DNA of 64,000 bases, from contig NZ_MWQY01000007.1 in assembly GCF_002087085.1 (NCBI RefSeq), positions 1-64,000 on the forward strand, in the 5' to 3' direction. The position numbers and the translations under genes are program-made. Positions 48,439-58,934 of the stretch are shown in pieces (position 1 is the first letter of the stretch; each line of letters begins with the position of its first letter). The notes beneath the pieces are model-generated. The model was not told where the DNA came from. It worked only from the letters and a program-made list of their open reading frames with translations, and did no database searches.

Positions 48439-49168
48439 AACCCTGCAGGGTCTGGATAATGTAGCGGCGGATCTTCGTCTTTTCTGATGCGGCGGTTTTA
48501 GGAGTGAACAGAATTACGTAGCGTTTGGGTTTCTCTTCGCGAAAGCCCATCACAACGCCGGACAGGTTAATCAGGCTGCTTCGAAGCCGAAGCTGGATCC
48601 CCTCAAGCAGGGTGTTTTTCTGCAGTTCAGGATCAGTATCAAACTGGATCGCCATTCCGATGGAACTGATATCGATGATTTTTCCTGTGACAACAGTGTC
48701 AAAAACCCGCACATTGAACTGTGCGGAGGAATCATGCTCACAGTTTACCCGGACAAACTTTCTCCGCCCCTTGGCCTCGCTCGCCTCGAGGACGGTCAGG
48801 ATGATTTTCGTACTCTCTTTAAGGCCGAGTTTCAGCTGGATAAAACCGCAGGTAATCCCGATATCCATGAGATACTTCTTTTTGAGTTCCTCGTTGTTAT
48901 TGTAGGAGAGAATACCGATACGAATACTGTCCAGGGCGGGGTTCCGTGCGATCCCCCGGATGTACTCCTCCCACTCGCTCTCATCCAGACGTTCGTCAAT
49001 GTTGATAAAGAGGATGGAGTCGGGAAACTTCTCCAGGATTCTCAATGCCCGGTTATGGTCCTTAAGGCGGTACACCTCGTACTCGCTCTGAACCAGGGTA
49101 TAAATAAGGTCGTCCTGGATAACGCTGTGGGGATATAAAAGAAAGACCTTCCGTCCGTTAATACTCAT
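48416..49168 (-). CDS. PilZ-domain protein with N-terminal receiver-like domain
   Basis: RRKFVR (RxxxR) and DISSIG (DxSxxG) c-di-GMP-binding motifs. Confidence 0.85.
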   Translation of the reverse strand: MSINGRKVFLLYPHSVIQDDLIYTLVQSEYEVYRLKDHNRALRILEKFPDSILFINIDERLDESEWEEYIRGIARNPALDSIRIGILSYNNNEELKKKYLMDIGITCGFIQLKLGLKESTKIILTVLEASEAKGRRKFVRVNCEHDSSAQFNVRVFDTVVTGKIIDISSIGMAIQFDTDPELQKNTLLEGIQLRLRSSLINLSGVVMGFREEKPKRYVILFTPKTAASEKTKIRRYIIQTLQGFIESLQV

Positions 49169-49225
49169 TACCGCCTCAGGGTATACATTCTTACTCCGCC
49201 GGTCAAGAACACATATTGTGGTGTG

Positions 49226-51907
49226 CTAAAGCCGATGAAACTTCCTGAACTCCTCAATCAGCGCCGACGCCGAGGGAAGATTCTCAGGATACGGCTCCTT
49301 CAGACAGTAACAGGGAAGCCCCGCTCGCCCGGCGGCGACAACAGCGTCTTCATGATCGCTGAGAATCATGCAGTTTCTTAAAGGCTCCTCCGCCACGGTG
49401 GCTCCGGTAAAAAAGGGTTCCGGATCGGGGACGTTCTTGACGATCTCCTCCAGGCCGGCAAAAAGAGAAGTATGGGCCTTGAGGGGATGGATTTCCGAAG
49501 CACCGCAGAGTACGGTCCGGATCCCCAGGCTTTCCAGGTTCTCCAGGAGGCGGACGACCTTTTCCCGCGACTTCGGTTCGGGTTCCGCAAGATAGATCAG
49601 CATGCTTTTCAGCTCCGGAACCAGGCTTCGGGAAACCGGGATTCCGGGAACCAGGGTAATGGTTTCGTACTCGTGGCGCAGACTGATTTCCTCTCCCTTT
49701 TCGAGCTCGTAGCGTGCTTCCTTTCTGTCAAAGGAGACGGACACAAGACTCTCCTTCAGCCGGAGCCTGAATTCAAGGCCGTTGATCTCCCTGGGCAGGT
49801 GGGGTTCAAACCAGGCCTCCCCGTTATCGATCTTTAAACCGCCGAAGCCGAAAACAAGGCTCTGCCAGGTTCCCCCCGTCGCCGCCATGTGCAGCCCGTC
49901 CCGGACATTTCCCTGGATATCCTCGAGATCCACATTCAGGTTGCGCTTGAAAAACTTCCAGGCCTCCCGGAGCCGTCCCTCCCTGGCGGAGATGATAGCC
50001 TGTACCGGAGCTCCCAGGGATGAGTCGAAGGTGGTTATGGGGGTATAGAACTCATAGGCCCGCAGGTGTTCGCCGTCGGAAAACTCCTCGGGCAGCAGGA
50101 AGGCTGTCATCAGCATGTCCGGCTGCTTCAGCACCCGATGACGATAGATCACCAGGGGATGAAAATTCAGAAGCAGGGGGTACCGGTCCCTGGGGGTATT
50201 CTCAAAATCCCAGGGCTCCCGGGCAAGGATATCGTCGTCCTGCAGATGGATTCCCAGGTCCGGATCATAGGGAATGTGCATTCCCTCGGCGGCCTTCATC
50301 CAGGTATCCACCTCGTCGGGCTGCAGACCGAGAATCCCGCTGACCCGCTGCAGCTGTTCAAAGTGCTCTTCCGCCATCCAGTAATAAATCTCCCTGGCAT
50401 AGCGCAGGTGGAAGCGGGCCATCATATTGGTATAGCAGTTGTTGTTGACCAGGGCGGTGTACTCATCCGGACCGGTGACGCCGTTAATGCAGAACCTGCC
50501 CCCTTTGGCCTGGTTGAAAAAGCCCAGGGAGACCCAGGCCCTGGCGGTTTCAAAGAGCATCTCCGCCCCTTCGTCCAGCAGGTACTCATAGTCTCCGGTT
50601 ACAGCAACATACTGGCGAATGGCATAGGCGATAGCCGCGTTGATATGATACTGGGCGGTCCCGGCAAGGAAGTAGGCCGAGGCCTCCTGACCGTTTATGG
50701 TCCGCCACGGGAAAAGGGCACCCTTCTCCGCAAGTTCCCTCGCCCGCGCCCGGGCCGCATCGAGCATGCGGTAGCGGTTTCTCAGGATTTCCCTGGCGCA
50801 TTTTTGCTGGGTAAAGGTAAAGAAGGGCATGATAAATATTTCCGTATCCCAGAAGAAGTGGCCCTCGTAACCTTCGCTGGTCAGCCCCTTGGCGGGGACG
50901 CTGCTGTCTATCAGAAAACGTCCCGCCTGGTAAAGCTGAAAAAGACTGTAACGGACTTTACGCTGCACCTCGGGGTTACCGTCAATGCGAACATCGCTGA
51001 CCCGCCAGAACCTGTTCAGGTGCTCCTTGTGCTCGGAGAAAAGGATATCGAAACCCCGTTCAGCAGTGGAGCGCAGATCGTTCATCAGGGCTGTCAGGTC
51101 GGCTTCATCTCCTTCCGGAACCAGCCGGATATAGGCGAACTTTCTGAAGGTAACCGTCTCACCCTCTGAAACCCGGAATATCGTGGCGGTACCCGGCTGC
51201 CTGTCATCCGGCAGGGCTACCAGCTCCTGGGGATCCCGGTCGGCGGAATGGGTTATACCCGATGCGACGGCAATCCTGCTGAGGCGGGTGCGCTCTGTAA
51301 GACCGACGGCATTGCCTTCCCGCTGGAAGCTGATGATCTTCTTGCTCTCCCCGGTGTGGGCGGCGACCCGGGGGTCTCCGAAATCGATACGGTTGGTGGT
51401 TCCTCCGTCAAGATAGGACTCAAAGACCACGGATGAATCGGAATCCAGGGGGGTGATTTCTATCTCCATGGCCATCAAAAAGGGGTCTGCCAGGGATACA
51501 AAGCGGCGGCTCCGATATCGCAGCTTCTGGCGGGAAGGCAGTTCCAGAACCATACTGCGCTCCAGGGTTCCGGTCCTGAAATCGAGACGCCGCCGGTATT
51601 CAAGAAGACGGCACTCCCGACTGCTGAGGAGGGTCCCGTTTACCCTGACTTTTACCAGTTTGGGATTTGCGGTATTCTGTATGGTCTGATGGAATTTTGC
51701 ATAACCGTAGGCGGATTCCCCGTATTCAATGGGCCGTATCTCGTAAAACCCGTTAACATAGGTTCCCGGATGGAAATTCCCATCCCCTTCCTCAAAGTCA
51801 CCGCGTATACCTATGTAACCGTTACTCAGGGCAAAGAGGGTTTCATTGCGGGGAACCAGGTCGGGATCAAATTCGGTTTCCTCAAGGATCCAGGTGTCTG
51901 GTGTCAT
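49226..51907 (-). CDS. Glycoside hydrolase family 65 phosphorylase with a degenerate C-terminal HAD-like domain
   Basis: ETLFALSNGYIGIRG, YEGHFFWDTE, GPDEY and KQPD motifs; C-terminal PDPEPF...AGL. Confidence 0.9.
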   Translation of the reverse strand: MTPDTWILEETEFDPDLVPRNETLFALSNGYIGIRGDFEEGDGNFHPGTYVNGFYEIRPIEYGESAYGYAKFHQTIQNTANPKLVKVRVNGTLLSSRECRLLEYRRRLDFRTGTLERSMVLELPSRQKLRYRSRRFVSLADPFLMAMEIEITPLDSDSSVVFESYLDGGTTNRIDFGDPRVAAHTGESKKIISFQREGNAVGLTERTRLSRIAVASGITHSADRDPQELVALPDDRQPGTATIFRVSEGETVTFRKFAYIRLVPEGDEADLTALMNDLRSTAERGFDILFSEHKEHLNRFWRVSDVRIDGNPEVQRKVRYSLFQLYQAGRFLIDSSVPAKGLTSEGYEGHFFWDTEIFIMPFFTFTQQKCAREILRNRYRMLDAARARARELAEKGALFPWRTINGQEASAYFLAGTAQYHINAAIAYAIRQYVAVTGDYEYLLDEGAEMLFETARAWVSLGFFNQAKGGRFCINGVTGPDEYTALVNNNCYTNMMARFHLRYAREIYYWMAEEHFEQLQRVSGILGLQPDEVDTWMKAAEGMHIPYDPDLGIHLQDDDILAREPWDFENTPRDRYPLLLNFHPLVIYRHRVLKQPDMLMTAFLLPEEFSDGEHLRAYEFYTPITTFDSSLGAPVQAIISAREGRLREAWKFFKRNLNVDLEDIQGNVRDGLHMAATGGTWQSLVFGFGGLKIDNGEAWFEPHLPREINGLEFRLRLKESLVSVSFDRKEARYELEKGEEISLRHEYETITLVPGIPVSRSLVPELKSMLIYLAEPEPKSREKVVRLLENLESLGIRTVLCGASEIHPLKAHTSLFAGLEEIVKNVPDPEPFFTGATVAEEPLRNCMILSDHEDAVVAAGRAGLPCYCLKEPYPENLPSASALIEEFRKFHRL

Positions 51908-51969
51908 GGATACTCCTGCGGATATCAGATTTCAGGCAAAGCCGCCCTGTTTGCATAGTAATACTCTAA

Positions 51970-52551
51970 TTAATTATAGGGAAGCTTACAACCGACCTTT
52001 GCAGCAACCGACAGCAGTACTGTTCTGCCGGCATCCAGGACCTGAAGATTGTTGGAACCGAGGTAAGTCATGATGGAGTCCAGCGGAAGAGGTCTACGGG
52101 TTTTTCTGTTGAGGCGGAAAAAGGCGATCCGCATCCCCGGGAGTGTCCGATAGCTTTCGAACCAGTCCTCCCGCACCAGGACCATGGCGGTAAAACCAAA
52201 GCCTTCGATCAGGTGCCGTTCCTCTTCCAGTACCGAATAAACCCGGTTCTTGAAAAGAGAAAAAGGCTGACCACTGAACTTCTCCCACTGGGAAGCCAGA
52301 GCGTAATCGATAAACAGGTCCGCCAGTACACCGGCGTAGGGTAGTCCCGCGCCGGCAATCCCCCTGCGCAAATCCTTGAATGCCGGGTGCGCATCGGTGG
52401 CGGAATCGATCCTTTCATGCAGGACCAGCCCCTCCCGGAATTCCGGCGGCATGGCATCCGGCTTTATTCGCCTCACCGAATCACCGGCAAGGTTTCCCGC
52501 GAGAATACGGGGTTCAGGGGGAGATAAAAAAGCGTGGGCCAGATAGTTCAT
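51970..52551 (-). CDS. acpH: ACP phosphodiesterase
   Basis: MNYLAH, GNLAGD, LH..ID..TD.HP and D...DY.LA..W motifs. Confidence 0.85.
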   Translation of the reverse strand: MNYLAHAFLSPPEPRILAGNLAGDSVRRIKPDAMPPEFREGLVLHERIDSATDAHPAFKDLRRGIAGAGLPYAGVLADLFIDYALASQWEKFSGQPFSLFKNRVYSVLEEERHLIEGFGFTAMVLVREDWFESYRTLPGMRIAFFRLNRKTRRPLPLDSIMTYLGSNNLQVLDAGRTVLLSVAAKVGCKLPYN

Positions 52552-52612
52552 CCCTCCCAGTATACCCAATAAGGACCGGCAGGGAAACGTGTTCCGAATT
52601 CGGAGACTTGTT

Positions 52613-52831
52613 TTACTGTCCCGCTACCATGTGCCGGGCCCGATCCACCTGGGATGGGAACAGGTCTGAGGGAACCTTCTCGCTTCCCAGGGCCAGAAAG
52701 ACGATATGCCTGGCACACTCGCTGCTGTCACCAAGGCAATAGCGCTTTTTCATCATACTCGCCAGGGAAGGCATGTTCTGCATCTTGTCGTTAAAGAAGG
52801 GACATCTGGGTAGACATTCACACTCTGCCAT
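52613..52831 (-). CDS. Small Cys-rich hypothetical protein (72 aa)
   Basis: GGAGG RBS; C.C...CPFF...YC......CAR...P.DL.P. Confidence 0.7.
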   Translation of the reverse strand: MAECECLPRCPFFNDKMQNMPSLASMMKKRYCLGDSSECARHIVFLALGSEKVPSDLFPSQVDRARHMVAGQ

Positions 52832-52901
52832 TTAAGACCTCCCGATAACTATTCTCAGTACCATTATCGGTTGAAATGAGAATAAAAATCAAAAAAAACG
52901 A

Positions 52902-55900
52902 TCAGTTTTTCTCATGAACAGCAGAGATCAGCTCGTCCAGTGCCTCCGCTTTGAACTCGGAAAGCTCTTCCCGGGGGAGACCTTCCCTCACATAGAGCAG
53001 GAAGGACCGTACCGGTTTTCCGCAGAGTTTTTCCAGAGCCTTCCGATACAGCCACATCTGCATCGCATATTCCCCGGGAATCCGGCTGCGGTTGGTCTTG
53101 AAATCCACACAGATTATCTCTTCCCCAAGATCGGCATAGAGATCGATGACCCCCTCCACCAGGTTCCGGTGTCCTCCGGATTCGAGGGCGAGAGTGAAGG
53201 GAACCTCCGAATGAAGGGGAACACCGTCGGGTATAAGTTTCCGGCGTGAAGGAGAGTTCCAGAAGCGTTCTGCAAGCTCCTCAGCACAGGAAAGGAGGGC
53301 TTCCGTCTCGGGAGCGGTGAAACCCGCAAGCAGGGAATCAATCCCGGCGGGGCTCTTTCCGGTGATAATCCCCTCGAGGACCCGGTGGACCAGGGTACCG
53401 AAGAGCTCCTCCCGTTCACGGATCAGGGGGTCAATCTCCAGGATACCCAGCTCGGTCCCTGCCCGGGGGGAAGAAGCAGCGGTCGTCTGATTCAGCCGGC
53501 TGACGCTCAATACCGGGTGAAAATCCGGCATCTCAAAAAAGGGATCCTGTGTACGGCGATAATACTCCGTAAGGAGCTCTCTCCGGTCACCGACCCCGGG
53601 AGAGTCGGTCCCCAGTCGATGCAGCTCATCCCCCGATACCGGCAAAAAAGGACGAACATACGGGGAATCGGGATTTTCAACAGAACAGCCAAGGCCGGCA
53701 AAAATCAGGTCCAGCAGGGAGGGCAGGTTCGCGCTCTTCCGCTTCGGACTGTAGCCCAGCATCACAAGGTGCTGCTCCGCCCGGGTACAGGCTACGTACA
53801 GGAGCCGCTTCAGTTCGGCGGCCTCCATCTGCCTGGAAAGTTCCAGTCCCCGCTCATAGAAGGGATTCGGCTTAAGGCGCTTTCCGCTTACCGGACTTCC
53901 GGGCACCACCATGTTTACGGTAAGGCCGAATTCGGTATCAACAAAATAGGGAGCCCGCTTACCGGTCTCACTGGATCCCTGGCCCGTGGAGGCAAGCAGG
54001 ACTATGGGAAACTCCAGTCCCTTGGACTTATGGATGGTCATAATACGCACTCCCTGCTCCCGGGTACGCAGGATCTCGATCTCCTCGAGTTTTTTGTAAT
54101 CCCCCAGGTTTTCCCTCAGGAAATCGAGAAACAGGGCCATGGACTCGCCGGCGTCCCAGCTCTTGTCCGCCAGGGCCAGAAGGTATTCGTAGAACTCCAG
54201 GTATCCGTGCCAGGCCGGGTCCCGCAGCAGGTTGTAGCGATACCCTGCCTCGTACCAGAGAAAGCGGAGGACTTCCCTGTGGGGAAGCCGGTCGATCATT
54301 TCCCTCAAGCGGAAATGGATATCCCCTCCCAGGCGGTACTTCTCCGCCTCCTCGGGGGTAAAACCCCCGGAAGGCCCCTCAAAAGGGAGCCTCTCCTCCA
54401 GAAGCTCCGCCAGCAGGGCATCGTCGCTCAGGTTAACAAAGAAGGAACGCAGGTAGACCGCATAGGCCATACGGTCCTCGGGGTATACGCAGCACTGCAG
54501 GGCGGCATAGATATCGTTGACCGGGGCTTCGAGAAAGAGGGTGCGGATGTTTTCGGTGGTATAGGGAATGCCGAAACGACGGAATATCCGTTCGTAGACT
54601 ATCTGGTTCCCCGTTGACCGCAGCAGAAGGGCAAAATCCTCCCAGGCCGGAGCCCTGATTCCCCCGGCATCGGAAAGCTGCAGCCCCCTGCCGTCAACCG
54701 CGTCCCGGATAAGCCGGGCAGCCTCGAAGGCCTCGCTCTCCACAGCGCTCAGATACTCGCCGGCATCTTCCCCGTCATCTCCGGAATCATCGAGATAGTG
54801 GAGCCGGATCTCCGGACTTGTATCCCCTTCCCGGGTTTTTCTTCCCGTCAGGGGACGAAACTCGGCTTCAAAATCCTTCAGTTCCTTTTCGGAACTGAAA
54901 ACCGGAGGAAAAAAGCTGTTGAAAAAGCTAATCAACCCGGGATGGCTCCGGTAGTTGGTGCCCAGTTCAATTCCGTCCCGCCCCAGTTCACGGGAAAGTC
55001 GTTTGAAAACGCTTACGTCGGCCCCCCGGAAACGGTAGATCGACTGCTTCTCATCCCCCACAAAAAAGAGCTTTCCCTCTTCAAGGTCCTCAGGATCAGG
55101 AATCCCCGGGGAGAAACGGTCCGGCTTTTCCGCCAGCAGATACAGAAGCTCCTTCTGGATTTCATTGTTGTCCTGAAACTCGTCGATCATGATATGCCGG
55201 AACTGCGCCTTGTAGTAGCTCCGGAGCTCCCGGCTCTCCTTCAAAAGAGACACCGCCATGGATACCACATCCCCGAAGGAGACGAGTCCCCGGCTCCGTT
55301 TAAGGTTGTTCCAGCCGGCGGTAAACTCGTCCATAAGCCCGGCGATACCACGGTAGACATCTCCGTAGCAGAGTACGGCTGTAAGGGAGGCGGCCTGTTC
55401 CTGAAGGGGGCGCAGCTTTTCAATCAGGTCCCGCAGCAGAACGAGGTCCGGGTTTTTTACGTTGCTCCCGGGTTTTTTCGGCAGTTTTCTACCGGCAAGA
55501 TCAAGCAGATCCTCCCAGGCGCTGCGGGCGATCAGCTCATCAGGATCCGGCCACTCTTCGGCAATTCTTGCGGCCTCCGCCAGGGTCTTCGAGGAAGCTG
55601 CGGCATCCCGGGCGATTTCGCCCATCTGACCGTAGAGAGCATCCAGGCGGGAGAAGATTTCTGCGGCCTGCTGTCGGCAGTACTCCTCCTGCCTGCTGAA
55701 ATCGGCTTCATGATCCGGAGGATCGGCAATCCTGAGTTCCCGGACAGCATAGGAGGCAAAAAACTCCTTCCAGACCGTTTCAAACCCGTTGGCGGCAATC
55801 AGGGTCTTCAGGGCGGGATCAAGACGCTTCTCCAGGATGAACTGAAGAGCAAAGGACTCCGCCCTCTTCCGGAGTCCTTCCTGGTCCACGGAAAATGAGA

Positions 55901-56243
55901 GGGGCAGTCCGAACCGGGGAGCATCGTTCCTTGCCAGGCGGGAGCAGAAGCTGTCCAGGGTCGAAATGCGGGCCTGGTCGAAAAGGGTAAGCTGCTCCCG
56001 TACCACCGGCTCGTCGGCATGCTCCGTCAGGAGCCGGTGGATTCGGACGTGCATCTCCGCCGCGGCCTTACGGGTAAAGGTAAGGGTCAGGATCGAGGGG
56101 ACAGCAGCCCCTTCCCTGACAAGCCGCAGATAGCGCCCGGCGAGTACGGTGGTTTTCCCCGAACCGGCACCCGCGGCGACAACGACGTTTCCGCCGGCCC
56201 CCACGGCCCGGAGCTGGTCATCATCATAAGGATGTTCAGCCAT
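52902..56243 (-). CDS. addA: UvrD-type helicase/nuclease (AddA-like)
   Basis: AGAGSGKT, IDEFQD, VGDEKQSIYRFRGAD, TIHKSKGLEF, LLYVACTRA and C-terminal G.ID...DFKT; TAATG coupling to the upstream gene. Confidence 0.9.
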   Translation of the reverse strand: MAEHPYDDDQLRAVGAGGNVVVAAGAGSGKTTVLAGRYLRLVREGAAVPSILTLTFTRKAAAEMHVRIHRLLTEHADEPVVREQLTLFDQARISTLDSFCSRLARNDAPRFGLPLSFSVDQEGLRKRAESFALQFILEKRLDPALKTLIAANGFETVWKEFFASYAVRELRIADPPDHEADFSRQEEYCRQQAAEIFSRLDALYGQMGEIARDAAASSKTLAEAARIAEEWPDPDELIARSAWEDLLDLAGRKLPKKPGSNVKNPDLVLLRDLIEKLRPLQEQAASLTAVLCYGDVYRGIAGLMDEFTAGWNNLKRSRGLVSFGDVVSMAVSLLKESRELRSYYKAQFRHIMIDEFQDNNEIQKELLYLLAEKPDRFSPGIPDPEDLEEGKLFFVGDEKQSIYRFRGADVSVFKRLSRELGRDGIELGTNYRSHPGLISFFNSFFPPVFSSEKELKDFEAEFRPLTGRKTREGDTSPEIRLHYLDDSGDDGEDAGEYLSAVESEAFEAARLIRDAVDGRGLQLSDAGGIRAPAWEDFALLLRSTGNQIVYERIFRRFGIPYTTENIRTLFLEAPVNDIYAALQCCVYPEDRMAYAVYLRSFFVNLSDDALLAELLEERLPFEGPSGGFTPEEAEKYRLGGDIHFRLREMIDRLPHREVLRFLWYEAGYRYNLLRDPAWHGYLEFYEYLLALADKSWDAGESMALFLDFLRENLGDYKKLEEIEILRTREQGVRIMTIHKSKGLEFPIVLLASTGQGSSETGKRAPYFVDTEFGLTVNMVVPGSPVSGKRLKPNPFYERGLELSRQMEAAELKRLLYVACTRAEQHLVMLGYSPKRKSANLPSLLDLIFAGLGCSVENPDSPYVRPFLPVSGDELHRLGTDSPGVGDRRELLTEYYRRTQDPFFEMPDFHPVLSVSRLNQTTAASSPRAGTELGILEIDPLIREREELFGTLVHRVLEGIITGKSPAGIDSLLAGFTAPETEALLSCAEELAERFWNSPSRRKLIPDGVPLHSEVPFTLALESGGHRNLVEGVIDLYADLGEEIICVDFKTNRSRIPGEYAMQMWLYRKALEKLCGKPVRSFLLYVREGLPREELSEFKAEALDELISAVHEKN

Positions 56244-58927
56244 TATACCGCCCCCCGGACAACGTATTTTCCCCGGCACAGGGCCCTCAGGGTGCATCCT
56301 TCGCATTCCCGGGGATCCATCCGGTAATCCCCCGCCCCGATGCGACGCTGCATGAGGCTCAGACACTCCCGGGTGGTGCGCAGAAGACTGGTAAACTGCT
56401 CATCCTTCAACATGGGCTTGATTCCCCTGATTTCCAGGCTCGAGTAGACAACCCGGTATTTCCCGTCCGAGGCGGAGTAGTAGGCGCAGATCAGGTCATC
56501 CCCCGGATTCCACACCCCGGCCTCCTCCAGAAGCAGCACATAGAGGGGTATCTGCATGGTTGCGGGCAGTCCGTTTCCATCCTCCAGGTCCCCCTTTGTC
56601 AGGCGGAAACTCTTTTTATAGTCCACCACCAGAAGTTCCCCCGCAGGCCCCCGGGAGATGCGGTCAATCCGTCCCACCACCGGAACTCCGTCCAGAACGG
56701 CGGAAACCCGGCGTTCCGTTTGACCCGTGGAGTAGGCGTCGAAGTACTTTGCCTCCGCAACGGGGAAGGCTTCAAGCTGCTGTTTCAGGTTCTCCAGGGA
56801 GGCCTCCCAGGCGGGCTGCACAGGCAGCGGCCCTTTCAGCCGTGCAGCCTCCCGGTCAAGGATCTCCCCGGTTCGTATCCGGTACTCATCCAGCTCGGCA
56901 GAGAGGAAACGCCCCCCCGCAAGACTGGCGCTGAACTTTTCCAGTACCCTGTGCAGAAGGGTCCCCTCCAGCCGGTGGTCCCGTACCAGGGGGCTGTACT
57001 CCTCCTCCTTTAGTCCCAGAACCCGGGTAAACAGAAAAGCGAACGGACAGGCCCAGAAAGCATCCAGATCGGTGGCGGAGATCGCCGCCGACTTTTTTTC
57101 TCCGGATCCGGAGAAATAGCGTTCCCGGAGCACATCGACGAATCCGGCATGACTGATCGGACTGCCAAGCAGATCCAGGCTTCGTCCCTCCGCAGCGGTG
57201 GCATAAAAGCAACCGTATCCCCTTCCCTGCCGGGAAACAAGCGCTTCAGCAGAGGAAATCCCCCCTTTGAAAAAGGCCTCTTCCGCCTCATCCGGGTCTC
57301 CGGCAAGATCCTCCCCGGGAACTGATCTGACAAGGCGGTTCTCCACGAAGAATCCCGGGGGAAGTCCCGGTCCGTCGTAGCCGTTCTCGGCGCAGCTGAC
57401 CCGTACAGCCTTTCCCGACTCCAGATAGAGCCGCAGATACAGCTCCCCGGCGTCATCGTCGCTGATGCCTGCATCCTCCCGCTGTGCCTCGTTTAACGGG
57501 AAGCCTCTGTCCCAGACAACCCGGCTCGAGTCCTGGGTCAGAAAGGGGACAAAATGATACAAGGGATCGATTCCGGCGGAAGCCCGGTAGGGGTAGACGG
57601 AGATTCCCACAGCTGTCTGCTGCTCCACATAGCTCTCTTCCTCGAGAGCGGCGACCCAGACAGCGTACGGTGAAGATACGGAGAGGGACGGAAACTCTTC
57701 TTCAGTCCCTGCAAAGTCATTCAGTACCTCAAGGGCGCGCTGGAAACTCCTCAGCTGCAGGGGGGATTCGGTTCTCCACCTTTCCGTATCAAGAAAGGTT
57801 CCGATAAAGGCCTGCAGCCGGGTTCCCACCTCGGCAAAGCTTCCGGCGCTGACGATTCCCCGGATCCCCGCGGAGAGCCGGCGGTACAGCTGCAGGGATT
57901 CCGTACAGCCCGCCCGGGAAAGCTGTTCCTCCCAGCCGTGAAGCCCCCCGGAATCCCGCCAGTTTCTTATGACATACGCTCCGGTCCCTTCCAGCAGCAT
58001 GCTTCGCAGGGCGGCGGCCTCCTTCCAGGGGACCCCGGCATTCATGATCAGGTTCTTCAGGGCAGCATTCTCGAAGGAGGAGCCGAAGGCCTCGGTAAGC
58101 TCCCGGAAAAAACGGACCGACGCGTATTCCGTCAGGGGTCGCCCTGTCCTGACCTGAAGAGGAATACCGTAGCGTTCGGCGGCCTCCTCCAGGTAGCGTC
58201 TGTTTGTATCGATCTTCGGCAGGGTAATGGCGATCTCCTCCGGGTCCGTGCCCTCCTTGAGAAGGTCACGGATTCTTTTCATCAGTACAGAGGCTTCCAG
58301 ACGCTGGTTTTCAAAAAGATCGATATGCCCCCGTCCTGTCAGTGGAACAGAAACACGCCGGATCTGCGGATGGGCCTCGAGGCCTTCACTGTACTGGGAA
58401 TAGTCCTCCAAAACCTCGGGGAAACAGAGAAGATAATTCTGGGAAAAGCTGTCCAGGGAGGGTTCGAGCATGGATGGTTCGTAGAGGCTGTTTACAGCAA
58501 GAAAGCTGCTGTACCGGCGATGGAGCTCCCTCAGGTCATCGGCAACAGGCCAGCTGCAGCTCTCCAGGCGGGGAACCAGACCCGGCAGGCGGGGAAGGAT
58601 CCTGCTGAGTTCTCCGGCGCCTCCGGAGGACCCCTCGGCTCTGGGCAGAAGACGGGAAAGAAAGGGAGAGTCCCGGTTTTCCTCCGCCAGGGTTTCTGCA
58701 AAAAGCCGGCGGATGCAGCCGTTTACCGGCCGCCGCGACTCTGTCAGACCGAAGGCTATCTCCTTGAAACGGTCCCAGGAAAGAAAGCGACTCCCCCAGA
58801 CGGCATCGCAGAATCCCCGTCGGATCACCGCTCTTCGCCAGTAGCGGGCACTGATTTCAGAAGGAAAAACGAAGTTCCAGGAAACATCGGGCAGGAGGTC
58901 CTGAATTCGGGTCTGAAGATTCTCCAT
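56243..58927 (-). CDS. addB: AddB-like PD-(D/E)xK nuclease subunit
   Basis: CPF...GRIDRI...VDYK...QIPLY...CEGC....LC (Fe-S staple); immediately upstream of addA. Confidence 0.8.
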   Translation of the reverse strand: MENLQTRIQDLLPDVSWNFVFPSEISARYWRRAVIRRGFCDAVWGSRFLSWDRFKEIAFGLTESRRPVNGCIRRLFAETLAEENRDSPFLSRLLPRAEGSSGGAGELSRILPRLPGLVPRLESCSWPVADDLRELHRRYSSFLAVNSLYEPSMLEPSLDSFSQNYLLCFPEVLEDYSQYSEGLEAHPQIRRVSVPLTGRGHIDLFENQRLEASVLMKRIRDLLKEGTDPEEIAITLPKIDTNRRYLEEAAERYGIPLQVRTGRPLTEYASVRFFRELTEAFGSSFENAALKNLIMNAGVPWKEAAALRSMLLEGTGAYVIRNWRDSGGLHGWEEQLSRAGCTESLQLYRRLSAGIRGIVSAGSFAEVGTRLQAFIGTFLDTERWRTESPLQLRSFQRALEVLNDFAGTEEEFPSLSVSSPYAVWVAALEEESYVEQQTAVGISVYPYRASAGIDPLYHFVPFLTQDSSRVVWDRGFPLNEAQREDAGISDDDAGELYLRLYLESGKAVRVSCAENGYDGPGLPPGFFVENRLVRSVPGEDLAGDPDEAEEAFFKGGISSAEALVSRQGRGYGCFYATAAEGRSLDLLGSPISHAGFVDVLRERYFSGSGEKKSAAISATDLDAFWACPFAFLFTRVLGLKEEEYSPLVRDHRLEGTLLHRVLEKFSASLAGGRFLSAELDEYRIRTGEILDREAARLKGPLPVQPAWEASLENLKQQLEAFPVAEAKYFDAYSTGQTERRVSAVLDGVPVVGRIDRISRGPAGELLVVDYKKSFRLTKGDLEDGNGLPATMQIPLYVLLLEEAGVWNPGDDLICAYYSASDGKYRVVYSSLEIRGIKPMLKDEQFTSLLRTTRECLSLMQRRIGAGDYRMDPRECEGCTLRALCRGKYVVRGAV

Positions 58928-58934
58928 GAAGGAA

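Noticed and set aside
52902..58927. Helicase-nuclease pair as an anti-phage system
   Set aside because: Motifs and gene order fit the housekeeping AddAB recombination complex.
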